From contig JBBKVM010000014.1 of assembly GCA_037968415.1 (NCBI GenBank), forward strand, positions 11,954 through 75,953: 64,000 bases of DNA. The letters are read 5' to 3'. The notes under the pieces are model-generated. The model saw only the letters and a list, made by a program, of their open reading frames with translations, ran no database searches and was not told the DNA's origin. How positions within the stretch are numbered: the first letter of the stretch is position 1; each line of letters begins with the position of its first letter. Both the position numbers and the translations under genes were made by a program. This DNA comes from Bacteroidia bacterium. Lineage in GTDB: Bacteria > Bacteroidota > Bacteroidia > AKYH767-A > JBBKVM01. Below are positions 29,601-39,286 of the stretch, piece by piece.

Positions 29601-31078
29601 TATACAGTTTGAAGGACTATCTCATAAAAGCGGAGCAGGTTGATCACATTGACGTGGCTGATGCAATCATTAAACCCGATAAAGGTAATGTGGTAGTGGA
29701 GCGGAATGCAAAAATGCAAACGTTGCGCAATGCTGAAATCGTTGCTGACAGAACCAACAAGTTTCACAAATTGTTCAACGCTACCATAGATATACAAGGC
29801 AAGCGAAAGTATTCAGGAAGTGCCGATTACAATTTTTTCGATCAGGCAGGCCTGCCACACCTCATAAAGTTTACTTCAGTAAGTGTAGATGACTCCACCC
29901 GCACGGTAGCTATTGGTGAAGTATATGAGCGCGATGATTTTAGCCTGAGCCCCAAGCTCAATTATAAAGGTGGAGTGAAGATGAAAGCATGGCGCCAGAA
30001 TTTAACTTTCAATGGATTTGCAAAATTAAATCTGGTATGCGAAAAATTGGAGGCCAGCTGGTTTGGATTTGATGCTGAGCTTGACCCCAAGTCATTTAAT
30101 ATTCCAATAAACAGCGCCACCCGAAATGAAAGTAATGAACAGCTATTTGCCGGCCTCATGATGTCGGCCGATACGATGGGTGTTTATCCTGTGTTTATTG
30201 GTAAGAAATTTAATCCGAAAGATCAGGAATTGATGAAAGTTGAAGGATTACTGAATCACAATCGCGACCGTAGCGAATTTGTAATAGCTCCTGAAGAAAA
30301 ACTAAAGAATCCCGAACTACCGGGTAACATGCTAGTATTGGATGAAGGACAATGTCTTATCAAAGCCCAGGGCGAACTTGCTTTGGAAACCGATCTTGGT
30401 CAGGTAAAACTTAAAAGCTATGGTAGCCTCACATACAATTTAAATAATGATTCAACCACCAGTAATGTGATGATGGTGCTTGATTTCTTTTTCAGTTCAG
30501 ATGCATTTAAGTTAATGTCGGAAAGCATTTCAATCACACCAAGACTTGAAGCGGCTAATGACAATACACCCGCCTTTAAAACTTCGCTCAGTCAATATAT
30601 GGGTGAGAAAAAAGCAACCGAATATTTGAATGACGTGAGTTTATATGGCGCTATGAAGAAGCTTCCTGATGAACTGAAAGTGGCCATGATCATATCGGAT
30701 GTAAAACTGAATTGGAACCCAAAACGAAATGCATTTGTGAGCGAAGGCCTCATCAGTATAAGTATGATAGATAAGGTGCAGGTTAGTAGAAAAATGAACG
30801 GTCTGCTGGAAGTAGCACGTAAGCGTTCGGGTGATGTGGTTACTTTGTATCTGCAGCCCACTGAACAAACGTGGTACTACTTCAGTTATACCAAAGGTGT
30901 GATGCAGGTGTTTAGTTCCGATCCTGTGTTCAATGATGCCATTCGCGATCTAAAACCAGAGAAGCGTGTGAACGACAGCAAGGATGGGAAGCCTTATCAA
31001 TTCATGCTTTCAACGGAAAGAAGAAAGACGGATTTCTTACGCAAAATAAATGAAGCCACTGTGGTGGATGAAGAGTAA
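26630..31078 (+). CDS. Very large (1482 aa) secreted hypothetical protein; AsmA/TamB-like assignment is speculative
   Basis: One uninterrupted ORF with a signal peptide, beta-rich, no recognisable catalytic motif. Lies immediately upstream of plsY. Confidence 0.7.
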   Translation: MLRTVFPILFSVCILLVSSSQAQTIKSFTPEASKYVQELENFLGETNKKETQEIIAVFKPLWMGGKFSTGMQEAVYKTSNAMLAKRMKAFPDFESYVKAMGAYVQSGQGEANFKAWHTALDQLVTGKSRTYSQFLSMSEDLFTSNILYKSSSTEWATSDRNYTFTYDSIPKITFGSMNLVCRARGDSMFVFNTSGVYMPTLETFLGLGGRVYWEKAGLSKTAAYADLSTYSLDVSKNDYTADTVSLSLADRSLFTRALTGKLQDKIVANNTPERSNYPKFESYDLSMEIKNIVKDIDYTGGFSLQGAKILGSGTPEHNAKLFIKWKAKPFMEIASQSFIIRADRISSANASVLMRYGIDSIYHPSLEMKYTVKDRELSLLTSDNLSSSPYFDSFHNLDLYFESMVWKIDDPKMDMKMITGAGENKMVLESENLFKDQRFMRVQGLSSVSPLYVIKQFAEKYSMREVYIADLAKYMKLPEHEVRSLMIMLSNNGFVSYDADDQKVIVKDRLYHYLEAKAGKKDYDVIELESIISGMPNATINLLNFDLDARGVSQLMLSDSQNVVIYPSEQEMNIHENLDFSFGGRVKAGRFDFFGKEFDFNYESFKFDLNNVDSLRMKIPEDQPGPDGRVRLVPVQSVLQNLSGDLKIDHPGNRSGRRSSAEYPIFKSAKESYVYYDRSDIYGGVYKRDRFYFTLLPFTIDSLNRITKEGMVFDGSLVSADIFPEFKEKLTLQPDYSLGFVREAPAAGFPAYKGKGKYFNTILLSNEGFKGRGYIEYLSSTLKSKKFTFFPDSTKALAEEFNVKKGPYQGVEFPAVKGREVAALWLPYFDAMNVVQKKDPIDFFEGQALLAGNLTMAPKGITAQGLMTFGQADLQANVFNFKQNSFGSDTADFRLKTDDSGTLGFATKNVKSNVDFTKRLGEFKSNGGGSYVTFPANQYICYIDEVKWYMDREVIELLSQASKGKTGETGSEFVSIHPLQDSLRFFAPLAIYSLKDYLIKAEQVDHIDVADAIIKPDKGNVVVERNAKMQTLRNAEIVADRTNKFHKLFNATIDIQGKRKYSGSADYNFFDQAGLPHLIKFTSVSVDDSTRTVAIGEVYERDDFSLSPKLNYKGGVKMKAWRQNLTFNGFAKLNLVCEKLEASWFGFDAELDPKSFNIPINSATRNESNEQLFAGLMMSADTMGVYPVFIGKKFNPKDQELMKVEGLLNHNRDRSEFVIAPEEKLKNPELPGNMLVLDEGQCLIKAQGELALETDLGQVKLKSYGSLTYNLNNDSTTSNVMMVLDFFFSSDAFKLMSESISITPRLEAANDNTPAFKTSLSQYMGEKKATEYLNDVSLYGAMKKLPDELKVAMIISDVKLNWNPKRNAFVSEGLISISMIDKVQVSRKMNGLLEVARKRSGDVVTLYLQPTEQTWYYFSYTKGVMQVFSSDPVFNDAIRDLKPEKRVNDSKDGKPYQFMLSTERRKTDFLRKINEATVVDEE

Positions 31079-31097
31079 TTTTGCTGATATTTGACAG

Positions 31098-31733
31098 ATG
31101 ATTACCTACATCGATATTTTAGCATTGATCATGGCATACCTGGTAGGCTCCATACCCACTGCTGTGTGGGTGGGGAAATATTTTTATGATGTAGATGTGC
31201 GAGAATATGGAAGTAAAAATTCCGGAGCAACCAATACATTTAGGGTGTTGGGTGCGGCAGCAGGATTGCCTGTATTGTTGCTCGATGTGTTGAAAGGTTT
31301 TTTGGCGGTAAAAGTGGCCACACTTTTATTAATTTATCCCGTAGGATCTGATCAGTTTTATAATTTGGAACTTGCCATGGCAATGGCGGTATTGTCTGGT
31401 CATATTTTTCCGGTGTTTGCCGGATTCCGCGGTGGCAAAGGGGTGGCTACGATGTTGGGGATTGTGTTTGCGCTTCATGCCCATGCCGCATTGGTGTGTA
31501 TTGGTATTTTTATTTTGGTGTTGTTGGTTTCCCGTTATGTTTCTCTCAGTTCTATTGTCACCGGCATCGCTTTTCCTTTTGTTATCATGCTAATTTATCA
31601 CAACTCTGTGGTTATGGTTAATATGTTTGCCGTCATCATGGCGGTTGTGATTTTGCTCACGCATCAAAAAAATATTGAGCGGTTATTGCGTGGCGAAGAA
31701 AACAAATTGAACATCGATAAATTCAGAAAATAA
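31098..31733 (+). CDS. plsY: Glycerol-3-phosphate acyltransferase PlsY
   Basis: GSIPTAVWVGK and SKNSGATN motifs, 211 aa, membrane protein. Confidence 0.92.
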   Translation: MITYIDILALIMAYLVGSIPTAVWVGKYFYDVDVREYGSKNSGATNTFRVLGAAAGLPVLLLDVLKGFLAVKVATLLLIYPVGSDQFYNLELAMAMAVLSGHIFPVFAGFRGGKGVATMLGIVFALHAHAALVCIGIFILVLLVSRYVSLSSIVTGIAFPFVIMLIYHNSVVMVNMFAVIMAVVILLTHQKNIERLLRGEENKLNIDKFRK

Positions 31734-31783
31734 TTCCTGCATTTGTTGCGTTACAGTCTCAGTATTTTTGCCAAACAAAAAAT

Positions 31784-31812
31784 TTGATTGGTAAATAATT
31801 TGAGTAAATTTG
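31784..31812 (+). promoter_or_regulatory. Putative Bacteroidota promoter for clpS (-33 TTTG at 31784-31787, -7 TAAATTTG at 31805-31812, 17-nt spacer)
   Basis: Read directly from sequence; matches the TTTG/TAnnTTTG consensus about 20 nt upstream of the preferred clpS start. Confidence 0.4.
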
Positions 31813-31831
31813 TAACACATGGTATTAACAA

Positions 31832-32109
31832 TGAGTGATAAAAATTATAAACCTTTTGAAGAGCTTGAAGAAGACGTAGCTGTTGTTGATCAACGCCAGC
31901 TTATTGTTTTCAATGACGACCATCACACTTTTGATTTTGTGATTGATTCGTTGGTGAAAGTTTGTTCCCATGAGGTGGAGCAGGCTGAGCAGTGCACCTA
32001 CATTATTCATTACAATGGAAAATGTTCTGTGCGAGTAGGTGAGTATACCAAGTTGCGGCCCATGCGCGAAGGCCTTGTAGACCGCGGGCTGTCTGCCGTA
32101 ATCGAATAA
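31832..32109 (+). CDS. clpS: ATP-dependent Clp protease adaptor ClpS
   Basis: VVFNDDHHTFDFVIDSLVKVC core matches ClpS. Start chosen at MSDKNYKPF, downstream of the putative promoter. Confidence 0.85.
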
Positions 32110-32120
32110 ACATTTATTTT

Positions 32121-32924
32121 ATGAAAAATTTAATCAAACCATTGCTAATTGCATTGGTAGTTGTGATTTCGGGATGTTCAAAAGTGCCGGTCACCGGCCG
32201 CAAGCAAATGAACTTACTACCTGAATCTACTTTGGTTGGTATGAGCCTTGATCAATACAAATCATTTTTAACTGAGCACCCTGCGGTAGCATCAAGCGAT
32301 CCAAATGCGGCCATGGTGAAAAATGTGGGTGCCAAAATTGCCAGCGCAGTCACCACTTACCTCAAACAAAACGGAAGCTCTGATCGTGTGGCAAATTACA
32401 AATGGGAGTTCAATCTTGTGAATGATCCGGTGGCCAATGCGTGGGCTATGCCAGGTGGTAAAGTGGTGGTGTACTCTGGCATATTACCTATCACCCAAGA
32501 TGAAACCGGATTGGCAGTCGTAATGGGCCATGAAGTAGCACATGCCATCGCGCGCCACGGCAACGAGCGCATGAGTCAAATGCTTGTAACACAAATGGGG
32601 GGCATCGCATTGGATGTAGCACTATCTGAAAAAAGTGCGCAAACGCAACAGATATTTCAAACAGCTTATGGAGTGGGTTCGACAGTGGCCTTATTGCTGC
32701 CGTACTCACGGCTGCATGAATCCGAAGCCGATAAACTTGGACTAATATTTATGGCCATGGCCGGATACAACCCACAAAAAGCAGTTGACTTTTGGCAGCG
32801 CATGGCGGCCCGCAGCGATGGGCCTAATGTACCCGAGTTATTGAGCACTCATCCAAGCAACGAAACTCGCATCAACGATATCAAGGCCTACTTACCTAAA
32901 GCCATGTCGTACTACAAACCTTGA
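32121..32924 (+). CDS. M48-family zinc metallopeptidase lipoprotein
   Basis: Lipobox VISGCS. HEVAHAIARH zinc motif. Confidence 0.85.
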   Translation: MKNLIKPLLIALVVVISGCSKVPVTGRKQMNLLPESTLVGMSLDQYKSFLTEHPAVASSDPNAAMVKNVGAKIASAVTTYLKQNGSSDRVANYKWEFNLVNDPVANAWAMPGGKVVVYSGILPITQDETGLAVVMGHEVAHAIARHGNERMSQMLVTQMGGIALDVALSEKSAQTQQIFQTAYGVGSTVALLLPYSRLHESEADKLGLIFMAMAGYNPQKAVDFWQRMAARSDGPNVPELLSTHPSNETRINDIKAYLPKAMSYYKP

Positions 32925-32981
32925 TTGCGCCCACTGCTTTTTAGTTAATTTCCCATTCAATTCTTTGAGTACCTTAGCGGC

Positions 32982-33452
32982 ATGCTTTTACTTGCTACCA
33001 TCATAGGCGTGATTTTGATTGGCCTTGTGCTCATCATTATCGAAATAGTGGTGATACCCGGTACCACTGTGGTGGGTATTGTGGGCACTATGATGATGAT
33101 TGGTGGCGTGTATTGGATGTATGCTGATTATGGCATGACGGCCGGCAACATTGCACTCGTGGTAACATTTGTTTCTTCGATCGGTGCCATATATTTTGCT
33201 CTTAAATCAAAAGCATGGAAACGGTTTTCACTCAATTCTTCCTTGCAAGGCCGCGCTAACTTGATTGACAATGAAAAAATTGTTGTGGGCGGAGAGGGTG
33301 TGACTTTATCTAAACTTCGACCCATGGGATCAATTTTGGTGAACGGCATGAAAGTGGAAGCACAGTCAGAGGGCGAAGCAATAGAAGAGAATAAGAATAT
33401 CATTATCTTGAAAATAATTGCGAATAAAATAATTGTAAAAATTAAAAACTAA
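32982..33452 (+). CDS. NfeD-family membrane protein (partner of FloA)
   Basis: Two TM helices plus a C-terminal OB-like beta domain. Immediately upstream of floA. Confidence 0.75.
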   Translation: MLLLATIIGVILIGLVLIIIEIVVIPGTTVVGIVGTMMMIGGVYWMYADYGMTAGNIALVVTFVSSIGAIYFALKSKAWKRFSLNSSLQGRANLIDNEKIVVGGEGVTLSKLRPMGSILVNGMKVEAQSEGEAIEENKNIIILKIIANKIIVKIKN

Positions 33453-33455
33453 ATC

Positions 33456-34430
33456 ATGGAAATAGGAGTGTTGTTGTTAATGATTGCAGGTATCATAGTC
33501 CTGCTATTTGTCTTTTTGTATTTCGTTCCGGTCAACCTGTGGATTACAGCAGTGTTTTCTGGTGTGAACGTATCCATACTGGATCTTATCCTCATGCGTA
33601 TCCGAAAGGTACCACCATCTATCATTGTCAATGCCCTTATCACAAGTACAAAGGCAGGGCTCAACCTCACGCCCAATGATATGGAAACACACTATCTGGC
33701 AGGTGGACACGTAAACAACGTGATACGCGCTCTGATTTCCGCTGACAAAGCAAACATCCCGCTTGGATTCAAACTTGCCACTGCTATTGACCTTGCTGGA
33801 CGAGACGTGTTTGAGGCGGTTCAACTTTCAGTAAACCCTCGTGTAATTGATACACCTCCTGTGGCAGCTGTTGCCAAGGACGGTATTCAGCTAATAGCTA
33901 AAGCGCGCGTAACGGTACGTGCTAACATCAACCAATTGGTGGGTGGAGCAGGCGAAGAGACAATATTGGCACGAGTAGGCGAGGGTATAGTTACTTCTAT
34001 CGGTTCGGCATTGTCGCACAAAGCTGTGCTCGAGAATCCCGATTCAATATCGAAAGTTGTTTTAGCAAAAGGACTCGATTCAGGAACCGCGTTTGAAATA
34101 TTGTCTATTGACATTGCTGATATAGATGTGGGCAAGAATATTGGTGCGGTACTACAGATGGATCAAGCAAATGCAGATAAGAACATAGCACAAGCTAAAG
34201 CTGAAGAGCGCAGGGCAATGGCTGTTGCCGAAGAGCAGGAGATGAAAGCCAAAGCGCAGGAAGCGCGAGCCAAAGTAATATTGGCAGAAGCCGAAATCCC
34301 CAAAGCGATGGCCGAAGCATTCCGTACCGGCAACTTTGGTATAATGGATTACTACCGATTGCAAAACATAAAAGCCGACACCGATATGCGCGACAGCATT
34401 TCGAAAAACGACCCCAAAGACAAAAAATAA
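33456..34430 (+). CDS. floA: Flotillin-like protein FloA (UPF0365/YqfA family)
   Basis: N-terminal TM helix, SPFH-like core and a C-terminal [17 protein letters not shown] motif. Confidence 0.88.
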   Translation: MEIGVLLLMIAGIIVLLFVFLYFVPVNLWITAVFSGVNVSILDLILMRIRKVPPSIIVNALITSTKAGLNLTPNDMETHYLAGGHVNNVIRALISADKANIPLGFKLATAIDLAGRDVFEAVQLSVNPRVIDTPPVAAVAKDGIQLIAKARVTVRANINQLVGGAGEETILARVGEGIVTSIGSALSHKAVLENPDSISKVVLAKGLDSGTAFEILSIDIADIDVGKNIGAVLQMDQANADKNIAQAKAEERRAMAVAEEQEMKAKAQEARAKVILAEAEIPKAMAEAFRTGNFGIMDYYRLQNIKADTDMRDSISKNDPKDKK

Positions 34431-34453
34431 TTTGGATTTGAAAAATTAAAAAA

Positions 34454-34481
34454 GAGGATGCCAAAAGCATCCTCTTTTTTT
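34454..34481. terminator. Bidirectional rho-independent terminator (gaggatgc-caaaa-gcatcctc flanked by A-run and T-run)
   Basis: 8-bp perfect stem, A-rich 5' flank and a T7 3' flank. Lies between convergent floA and the DUF2807 gene. Confidence 0.75.
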
Positions 34482-34496
34482 GTGGGTAATATCCGG

Positions 34497-35168
34497 CTAC
34501 ATTTTTATCATTTTTCCGGAGCCGGTGATGTTTACATTCTTGATTTGCGGATTACCTGCATATTGGATATTTCCTGAGCCTGTAATTGAGCCTTCCAGGC
34601 TGTCCTTTACATTTACTTTCGCATGGCCTGCGCCACTGATCGTTGCTTTACACACCGATACATGCAGATGAGCCGCATCAATATGCCCGTTACCAGTAAT
34701 ATTTAAGTTGTGTTCGGTAGCTTGCCCGGTAATCACCATCTTGCCCGAGCCTGCCAAAGCGGTGTTCAGTATACTTACACCCATATCCAATCGCACACTG
34801 CCGCTGCCCGTAAGATGGATATCCAGCTTGTCTCCTTTAATAATTGATTTGCTTGTGACATTGGCTGTTCCGGCCACATCTATGCTGCGCAATGAAACGA
34901 AATATACTGTCACCACAGTATTGTCTGCTCGCTTGCTTTTGCCTGGCGAAGCGAGTGTGAGCAAATTTCCTTGTCGCAGTATGACCACTTCAGCGCTATC
35001 TGCTTTATTGGCCAGGGCCACCCCAGCTGTGTCTGATTGTATCAGCACAACTTCAAAATTGCCCGTCACACGTAGACTATTCATCTCAACACTGTTGGTT
35101 TGAGCATGTGTGAGCAGCCCAGAGGCTACACAAACGAGGCATATGATAATTGAAAATAGCTTTTTCAT
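34497..35168 (-). CDS. DUF2807 / putative autotransporter-adhesin head (GIN) domain protein
   Basis: Signal peptide. Repeated TGSG/SGSG beta-helix-like motifs (ITGSGKM, LTGSGSVRLD, ISGAGHAKVN). Confidence 0.7.
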   Translation of the reverse strand: MKKLFSIIICLVCVASGLLTHAQTNSVEMNSLRVTGNFEVVLIQSDTAGVALANKADSAEVVILRQGNLLTLASPGKSKRADNTVVTVYFVSLRSIDVAGTANVTSKSIIKGDKLDIHLTGSGSVRLDMGVSILNTALAGSGKMVITGQATEHNLNITGNGHIDAAHLHVSVCKATISGAGHAKVNVKDSLEGSITGSGNIQYAGNPQIKNVNITGSGKMIKM

Positions 35169-35301
35169 GGTATATGATTGGTTGTATGTTTCCTTACAAA
35201 TTTAGAAAAACTGTTACTTCAAAAGAAAGAACCCTCAAATGGGATAAATGGATGTTGTGAAAAAGTAATTATTTCTACTAACTTTGCCGCTCAATTTTCG
35301 G

Positions 35302-35378
35302 GGACCCGTAGCTTAATTGGATAGAGCATCTGACTACGGATCAGAAGGTTGGGGGTTCGACTCCCTTCGGGTCCACCA
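35302..35378 (+). tRNA. tRNA-Arg (anticodon ACG)
   Basis: Hand-folded cloverleaf: acceptor GGACCCG/CGGGTCC, anticodon loop CTACGGA, T-loop TTCGACT, 3' CCA encoded. Confidence 0.85.
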
Positions 35379-35384
35379 AAGTTT

Positions 35385-35413
35385 AAAGCCGCATAGGACA
35401 CTATGCGGCTTTC
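35385..35413. terminator. Hairpin (aaagccgcatag-gacac-ctatgcggcttt) between tRNA-Arg and a convergent gene; likely bidirectional terminator
   Basis: 12-bp stem. The T-run on the plus side is weak. Confidence 0.55.
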
Positions 35414-36679
35414 TTATTTCCCAGCTCCTTCAAACTGAAAGTCAAGCGTTTTTTGATTCGAAAGGTCATCACAAACTTTAGGCGCATTGTCAAAATAGTA
35501 ATCCGGAACATTTATCTCCCACAATTTGGGTTCGTATTTGTATTTCATGGTATACAATCTGCTGGCTTTAATATATCGTGCGTCAGAAGGGTGGTCCATG
35601 ACAGCTTCTCCGAAATACATTTCGAAATTTTCGGTGAGCGTGTAAGCGCGTAAAAAAGAATTTTTGTCTGAATAATCGTATGTATAGCTGCGTAATAAAT
35701 ATTTATTCTGCCATTTGTTGTTTGTCTTTTCATAGGCAGCATGGAGGCTTCCTCTCACCAATTGCACGCGATATTTGTAATCCGCAGTCACATTATTTTC
35801 ACTTCGATAAGAGGGCTTGCGCACGTAACCAACATCAATAGAGACGATTGCATACGACTTCTTATCTACACTCATGGTGCCTTTTACTATTCTATCATCA
35901 TATGCGGCAGCCGAGTAAAAGTGAATGATATGTGTGAGTTCGTTATTCTGGTCGGCAAAACTGTATTGGACCAAATCAACCGATGAGGGATTTAACACAC
36001 TACCACGTTGTTCATACACAGGATTTTCTTCCATCAGATCGAAGAAATGATCGAGGTGCGGTTGTTCGTTGTCTTCGTAATTGAAACTTCGTCTTGTAGT
36101 GTGTATTTGAGCTGCGAACTGCGTGGTTGTTTTTTTGTTGTAATGGACAAACCGATTGAGCACATCGGCATGCGCCTCAACCAGAAAGACGTATTTGCTG
36201 TCTTTCTTGTGATACTGCCTGTAGAACACGGGCACTGAATGATCGGAGTGTCTATAATTGTCACGTATACGAGCGATGGCTTTTTTTACTATTTCGCTAG
36301 CTGAAAGGCCTACAATTTCAATAAGTGGCAGATTATGCAAAAGCACAGTTACAAATACATTTTCTATCTGCTTTCCGGTGCGCGTAAAGGCCATTGCTTG
36401 CCTGCAATTAAGTGCCGATACTTCAATGGTCAGTGTGTTTAGACTATCAGGTATGATGAATTCAAACATCCCGCTGTCGTTGCTTGCAGTGAGAATGCCG
36501 GTGTCGGTTAGCTTTACTATAGCAAAGGGTATGGGCATCGAATCAGCTTTGCTCAACAACCGGCCAGTGAACAACTTTTGGCTACAAACTTCACCAGCTA
36601 ACAAAATGAGCCCAAGTACCAACACACATTTTTTCCAGCAATTTATCATCAGGGATTTGAGTTTTTTACATCTAGCCAA
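35414..36679 (-). CDS. Secreted hypothetical protein with N-terminal carboxypeptidase-regulatory-like domain
   Basis: KLFTGRLLSKADSMPIPFAIVKLTDTGILTASNDSGMFEF matches the CarboxypepD_reg pattern. The true start may be MINCWKK at 36649. Confidence 0.65.
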   Translation of the reverse strand: MARCKKLKSLMINCWKKCVLVLGLILLAGEVCSQKLFTGRLLSKADSMPIPFAIVKLTDTGILTASNDSGMFEFIIPDSLNTLTIEVSALNCRQAMAFTRTGKQIENVFVTVLLHNLPLIEIVGLSASEIVKKAIARIRDNYRHSDHSVPVFYRQYHKKDSKYVFLVEAHADVLNRFVHYNKKTTTQFAAQIHTTRRSFNYEDNEQPHLDHFFDLMEENPVYEQRGSVLNPSSVDLVQYSFADQNNELTHIIHFYSAAAYDDRIVKGTMSVDKKSYAIVSIDVGYVRKPSYRSENNVTADYKYRVQLVRGSLHAAYEKTNNKWQNKYLLRSYTYDYSDKNSFLRAYTLTENFEMYFGEAVMDHPSDARYIKASRLYTMKYKYEPKLWEINVPDYYFDNAPKVCDDLSNQKTLDFQFEGAGK

Positions 36680-36732
36680 TATACCGTATCGACACCAAAA
36701 GATGCAATGTCTGGCACTATTTATTGGGTGCT

Positions 36733-36748
36733 GGAATTATTTAATTCC
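36733..36748. repeat. Perfect palindrome GGAATTA-TT-TAATTCC in a divergent intergenic region
   Basis: Seen in sequence. Candidate operator for a dimeric regulator. Confidence 0.4.
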
Positions 36749-36879
36749 ATAATGTGGACACATTTTGCGAATCATATTTATCATTCGCTATGCACTAAAG
36801 TTGAGAATACGGGTGTTTTAAATTGTTGTTAAGTTGATTATTGGCTTTACTTTTGCGGCAGCGAAATTTTAAAACAGAG

Positions 36880-37860
36880 ATGCAGAAGAAGCAGTACATA
36901 TGGAAACTTGTGTGGGTCAACATACTGGTGTTGGCCGTGATGGTGTTTGGCATTGAGGCAGCAGTGCGGTGGACTATGCCGGGCATCAACAATCAAGGAA
37001 CGGATGGCAATTTGATGAAAGACAACCGCTACGGGGACAGTCCAGGGCTGAGGCCTGGTGCACAAGGTTTAGTTTTTGGGAAAAAAGTGCAGGTAGGAAG
37101 AGATGGATTTATAGAAACTTCGGTGCCACCTGATAGCACCAAGCCGGTGCGCCTGATATTGGGCGACAGCGTGACTATGGGCGTGGGCGTGGATGCAGAT
37201 TCATCTTTTGTAGGTCGGCTGGCCAAATATTACCAACACACTTTACGCCTGAGCAATGCTTCATTGATTGGATACAGCAACAAAGATTATTTGAATGTGG
37301 CAGAGCATCTGCTGGCCACAGATACAAAGGTGAAAGGCATTACAGTGTTTTTTTGTTTGAACGATGTGTATGAAGGAACCACTGCTGTTCCAATGATGAG
37401 CCGCAAGGGTTGGCTGGCGCCAGCATTTACATTTCTCAAACAGAACAGCAAGGCGTACATGTTTTTGAAGGGAATACTGAGCGATCGCGCCAAGGCTTAT
37501 TTTGATTTTGATTACGCTTTTTATGCAGCCAATCCTGATTTGGTAAAGCTGGCAGCAGACAGGTTAGATACGATTAATCAAGCATGCATCAAAAAAGGGG
37601 TTTCTTTCAATGTGGTTTTGTTACCCTATGAATATCAACTGCGGAATAAAGATGTAGATTCACTGCGCGCTCCACAGCACTCATTACAGTTGTTGTTGGA
37701 GGAAAGATTAATAAACGTAATGGATGCAACCGATGCGGCTGCAGAAGTGCTGCAACCTGCAGCAGAAGGGTATTTGTATGCCGATGGAATACACTTTTCC
37801 AACAGAGGCCACCTAGCCATTTCCCGGTTCATCATTGACAAAAAATTGACGGAACTCTAA
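36880..37860 (+). CDS. SGNH/GDSL-family hydrolase, membrane-anchored
   Basis: LILGDSVTMG block I motif. C-terminal DGIHFS block V. Confidence 0.75.
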   Translation: MQKKQYIWKLVWVNILVLAVMVFGIEAAVRWTMPGINNQGTDGNLMKDNRYGDSPGLRPGAQGLVFGKKVQVGRDGFIETSVPPDSTKPVRLILGDSVTMGVGVDADSSFVGRLAKYYQHTLRLSNASLIGYSNKDYLNVAEHLLATDTKVKGITVFFCLNDVYEGTTAVPMMSRKGWLAPAFTFLKQNSKAYMFLKGILSDRAKAYFDFDYAFYAANPDLVKLAADRLDTINQACIKKGVSFNVVLLPYEYQLRNKDVDSLRAPQHSLQLLLEERLINVMDATDAAAEVLQPAAEGYLYADGIHFSNRGHLAISRFIIDKKLTEL

Positions 37861-37894
37861 AAAAGAGTTTAATTTGTTGTAATATCTCTCAAAT

Positions 37895-39217
37895 ATGCTC
37901 CGGCTTTCACTTTGGTCCCGCCTCAAAAATGTTCTTCCCCGCGGGAACAAGGATACTGATATTCCATTTTCACGCCAGGAGAAAGCACTATTATTTATCC
38001 TTTCGTGTATACAATTCAGCCACATCATGGATTTCATGATCATCATGCCGCTGGGCGAAATTTTCATGTCTTATTTTTCTATCTCTCCACAGCAATTCAG
38101 TTTGGTTGTTTCATCTTACACAATGAGTGCAGGTGTTTGCGTTTTCATTGGTGCATTTTTTATTGATAAAATTGATCGCAAGTCGGCATTGTTGGTTTGT
38201 TTTACGGGGTTTGTAGCAGGCACAATGGCGTGTACTGCCGCACCTAATTATCAAGTGCTATTGCTTGCGCGCGTTCTTACTGGCGCGTTTGGCGGCATTC
38301 TTAGTGCGTTGGTGTTGGCCATCGTAGCAGATGTGTTTCCACCCGAGCGCAGAGGCAAAGCAATGGGTGTGCTGATAGGTGCCTTCTCGGCAGCGGCAGT
38401 GCTGGGTGTGCCTGCCGGATATTTTCTGGCGTATAAAATAAATTGGAATGCACCCTTTATGCTTATCAGTTTGTTTGGCACACTGGTGGTGTATCTCATC
38501 TATATCGGCATTCCTTCGCTGACAGGCCACATCGTGCGGGCGGCAAAGCAACCGCATCCGCTTGTGGTGTTTATGAACATAGCCAGCGATGGCAACCAAC
38601 GCAAGGCTTTGATATTAATGAGCCTGATGATGTTGGGGCAATTTTCGGTAATTCCTTTTATCGCTCCGTATATGGAACGCAATGTGGGATTCACTCAGGA
38701 GCAAGTCACTTATATTTATTTGGTAGGTGGATTCCTTACCATTTTCACATCACCATGGATAGGACTAATGTCCGACAAATATGGTAAGCCAAAAGTGTTT
38801 AGTTTTTTTGGCATTCTAATATGTGTGCCCATCTTGTTGGTAACAAACTTGATTCAGTTGCCGCTCACAATTTGCTTGATTATTACTTCATTATTCTTTG
38901 TGGCAGCCACCGGTAGAATTATTCCTGCCACCACCATGATTACTTCGGTTGTAAAACCACATCAGCGAGGAGGATTTATGAGTGTAAATGCTTCGGTACA
39001 GCAATTTTCTGCAGGGCTCGCATCGTTTATTGCAGGCTTAGTAATTACTGAAGGCAAGGAAGCGGGCATGCTCGAGAATTTTGAAGTGGTAGGCTGGTTT
39101 GCTGTGGCTGCATGTCTCGGAGCTGTGTTTGTAGGCAACAAACTCAAGGTGGTCGATCAAACTATAGTTTCGCCATTGCAAGAAATTGCACAGACAGAGA
39201 TAGAGCCTGCCGGCTAA
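37895..39217 (+). CDS. MFS transporter
   Basis: 12 TM helices, 440 aa. Confidence 0.8.
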   Translation: MLRLSLWSRLKNVLPRGNKDTDIPFSRQEKALLFILSCIQFSHIMDFMIIMPLGEIFMSYFSISPQQFSLVVSSYTMSAGVCVFIGAFFIDKIDRKSALLVCFTGFVAGTMACTAAPNYQVLLLARVLTGAFGGILSALVLAIVADVFPPERRGKAMGVLIGAFSAAAVLGVPAGYFLAYKINWNAPFMLISLFGTLVVYLIYIGIPSLTGHIVRAAKQPHPLVVFMNIASDGNQRKALILMSLMMLGQFSVIPFIAPYMERNVGFTQEQVTYIYLVGGFLTIFTSPWIGLMSDKYGKPKVFSFFGILICVPILLVTNLIQLPLTICLIITSLFFVAATGRIIPATTMITSVVKPHQRGGFMSVNASVQQFSAGLASFIAGLVITEGKEAGMLENFEVVGWFAVAACLGAVFVGNKLKVVDQTIVSPLQEIAQTEIEPAG

Positions 39218-39286
39218 AATTATTGACTTAGTCATTTTGCGTCCTGATTTCAGTTTATTAAGTTTGATTACAAACCGAATAACATT

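Noticed and set aside
35302-36700. Possible genomic island integrated at tRNA-Arg (and likewise at tRNA-Ser at 50444)
   Set aside because: No integrase, no direct repeat of the tRNA 3' end and no compositionally distinct block is visible downstream of either tRNA.
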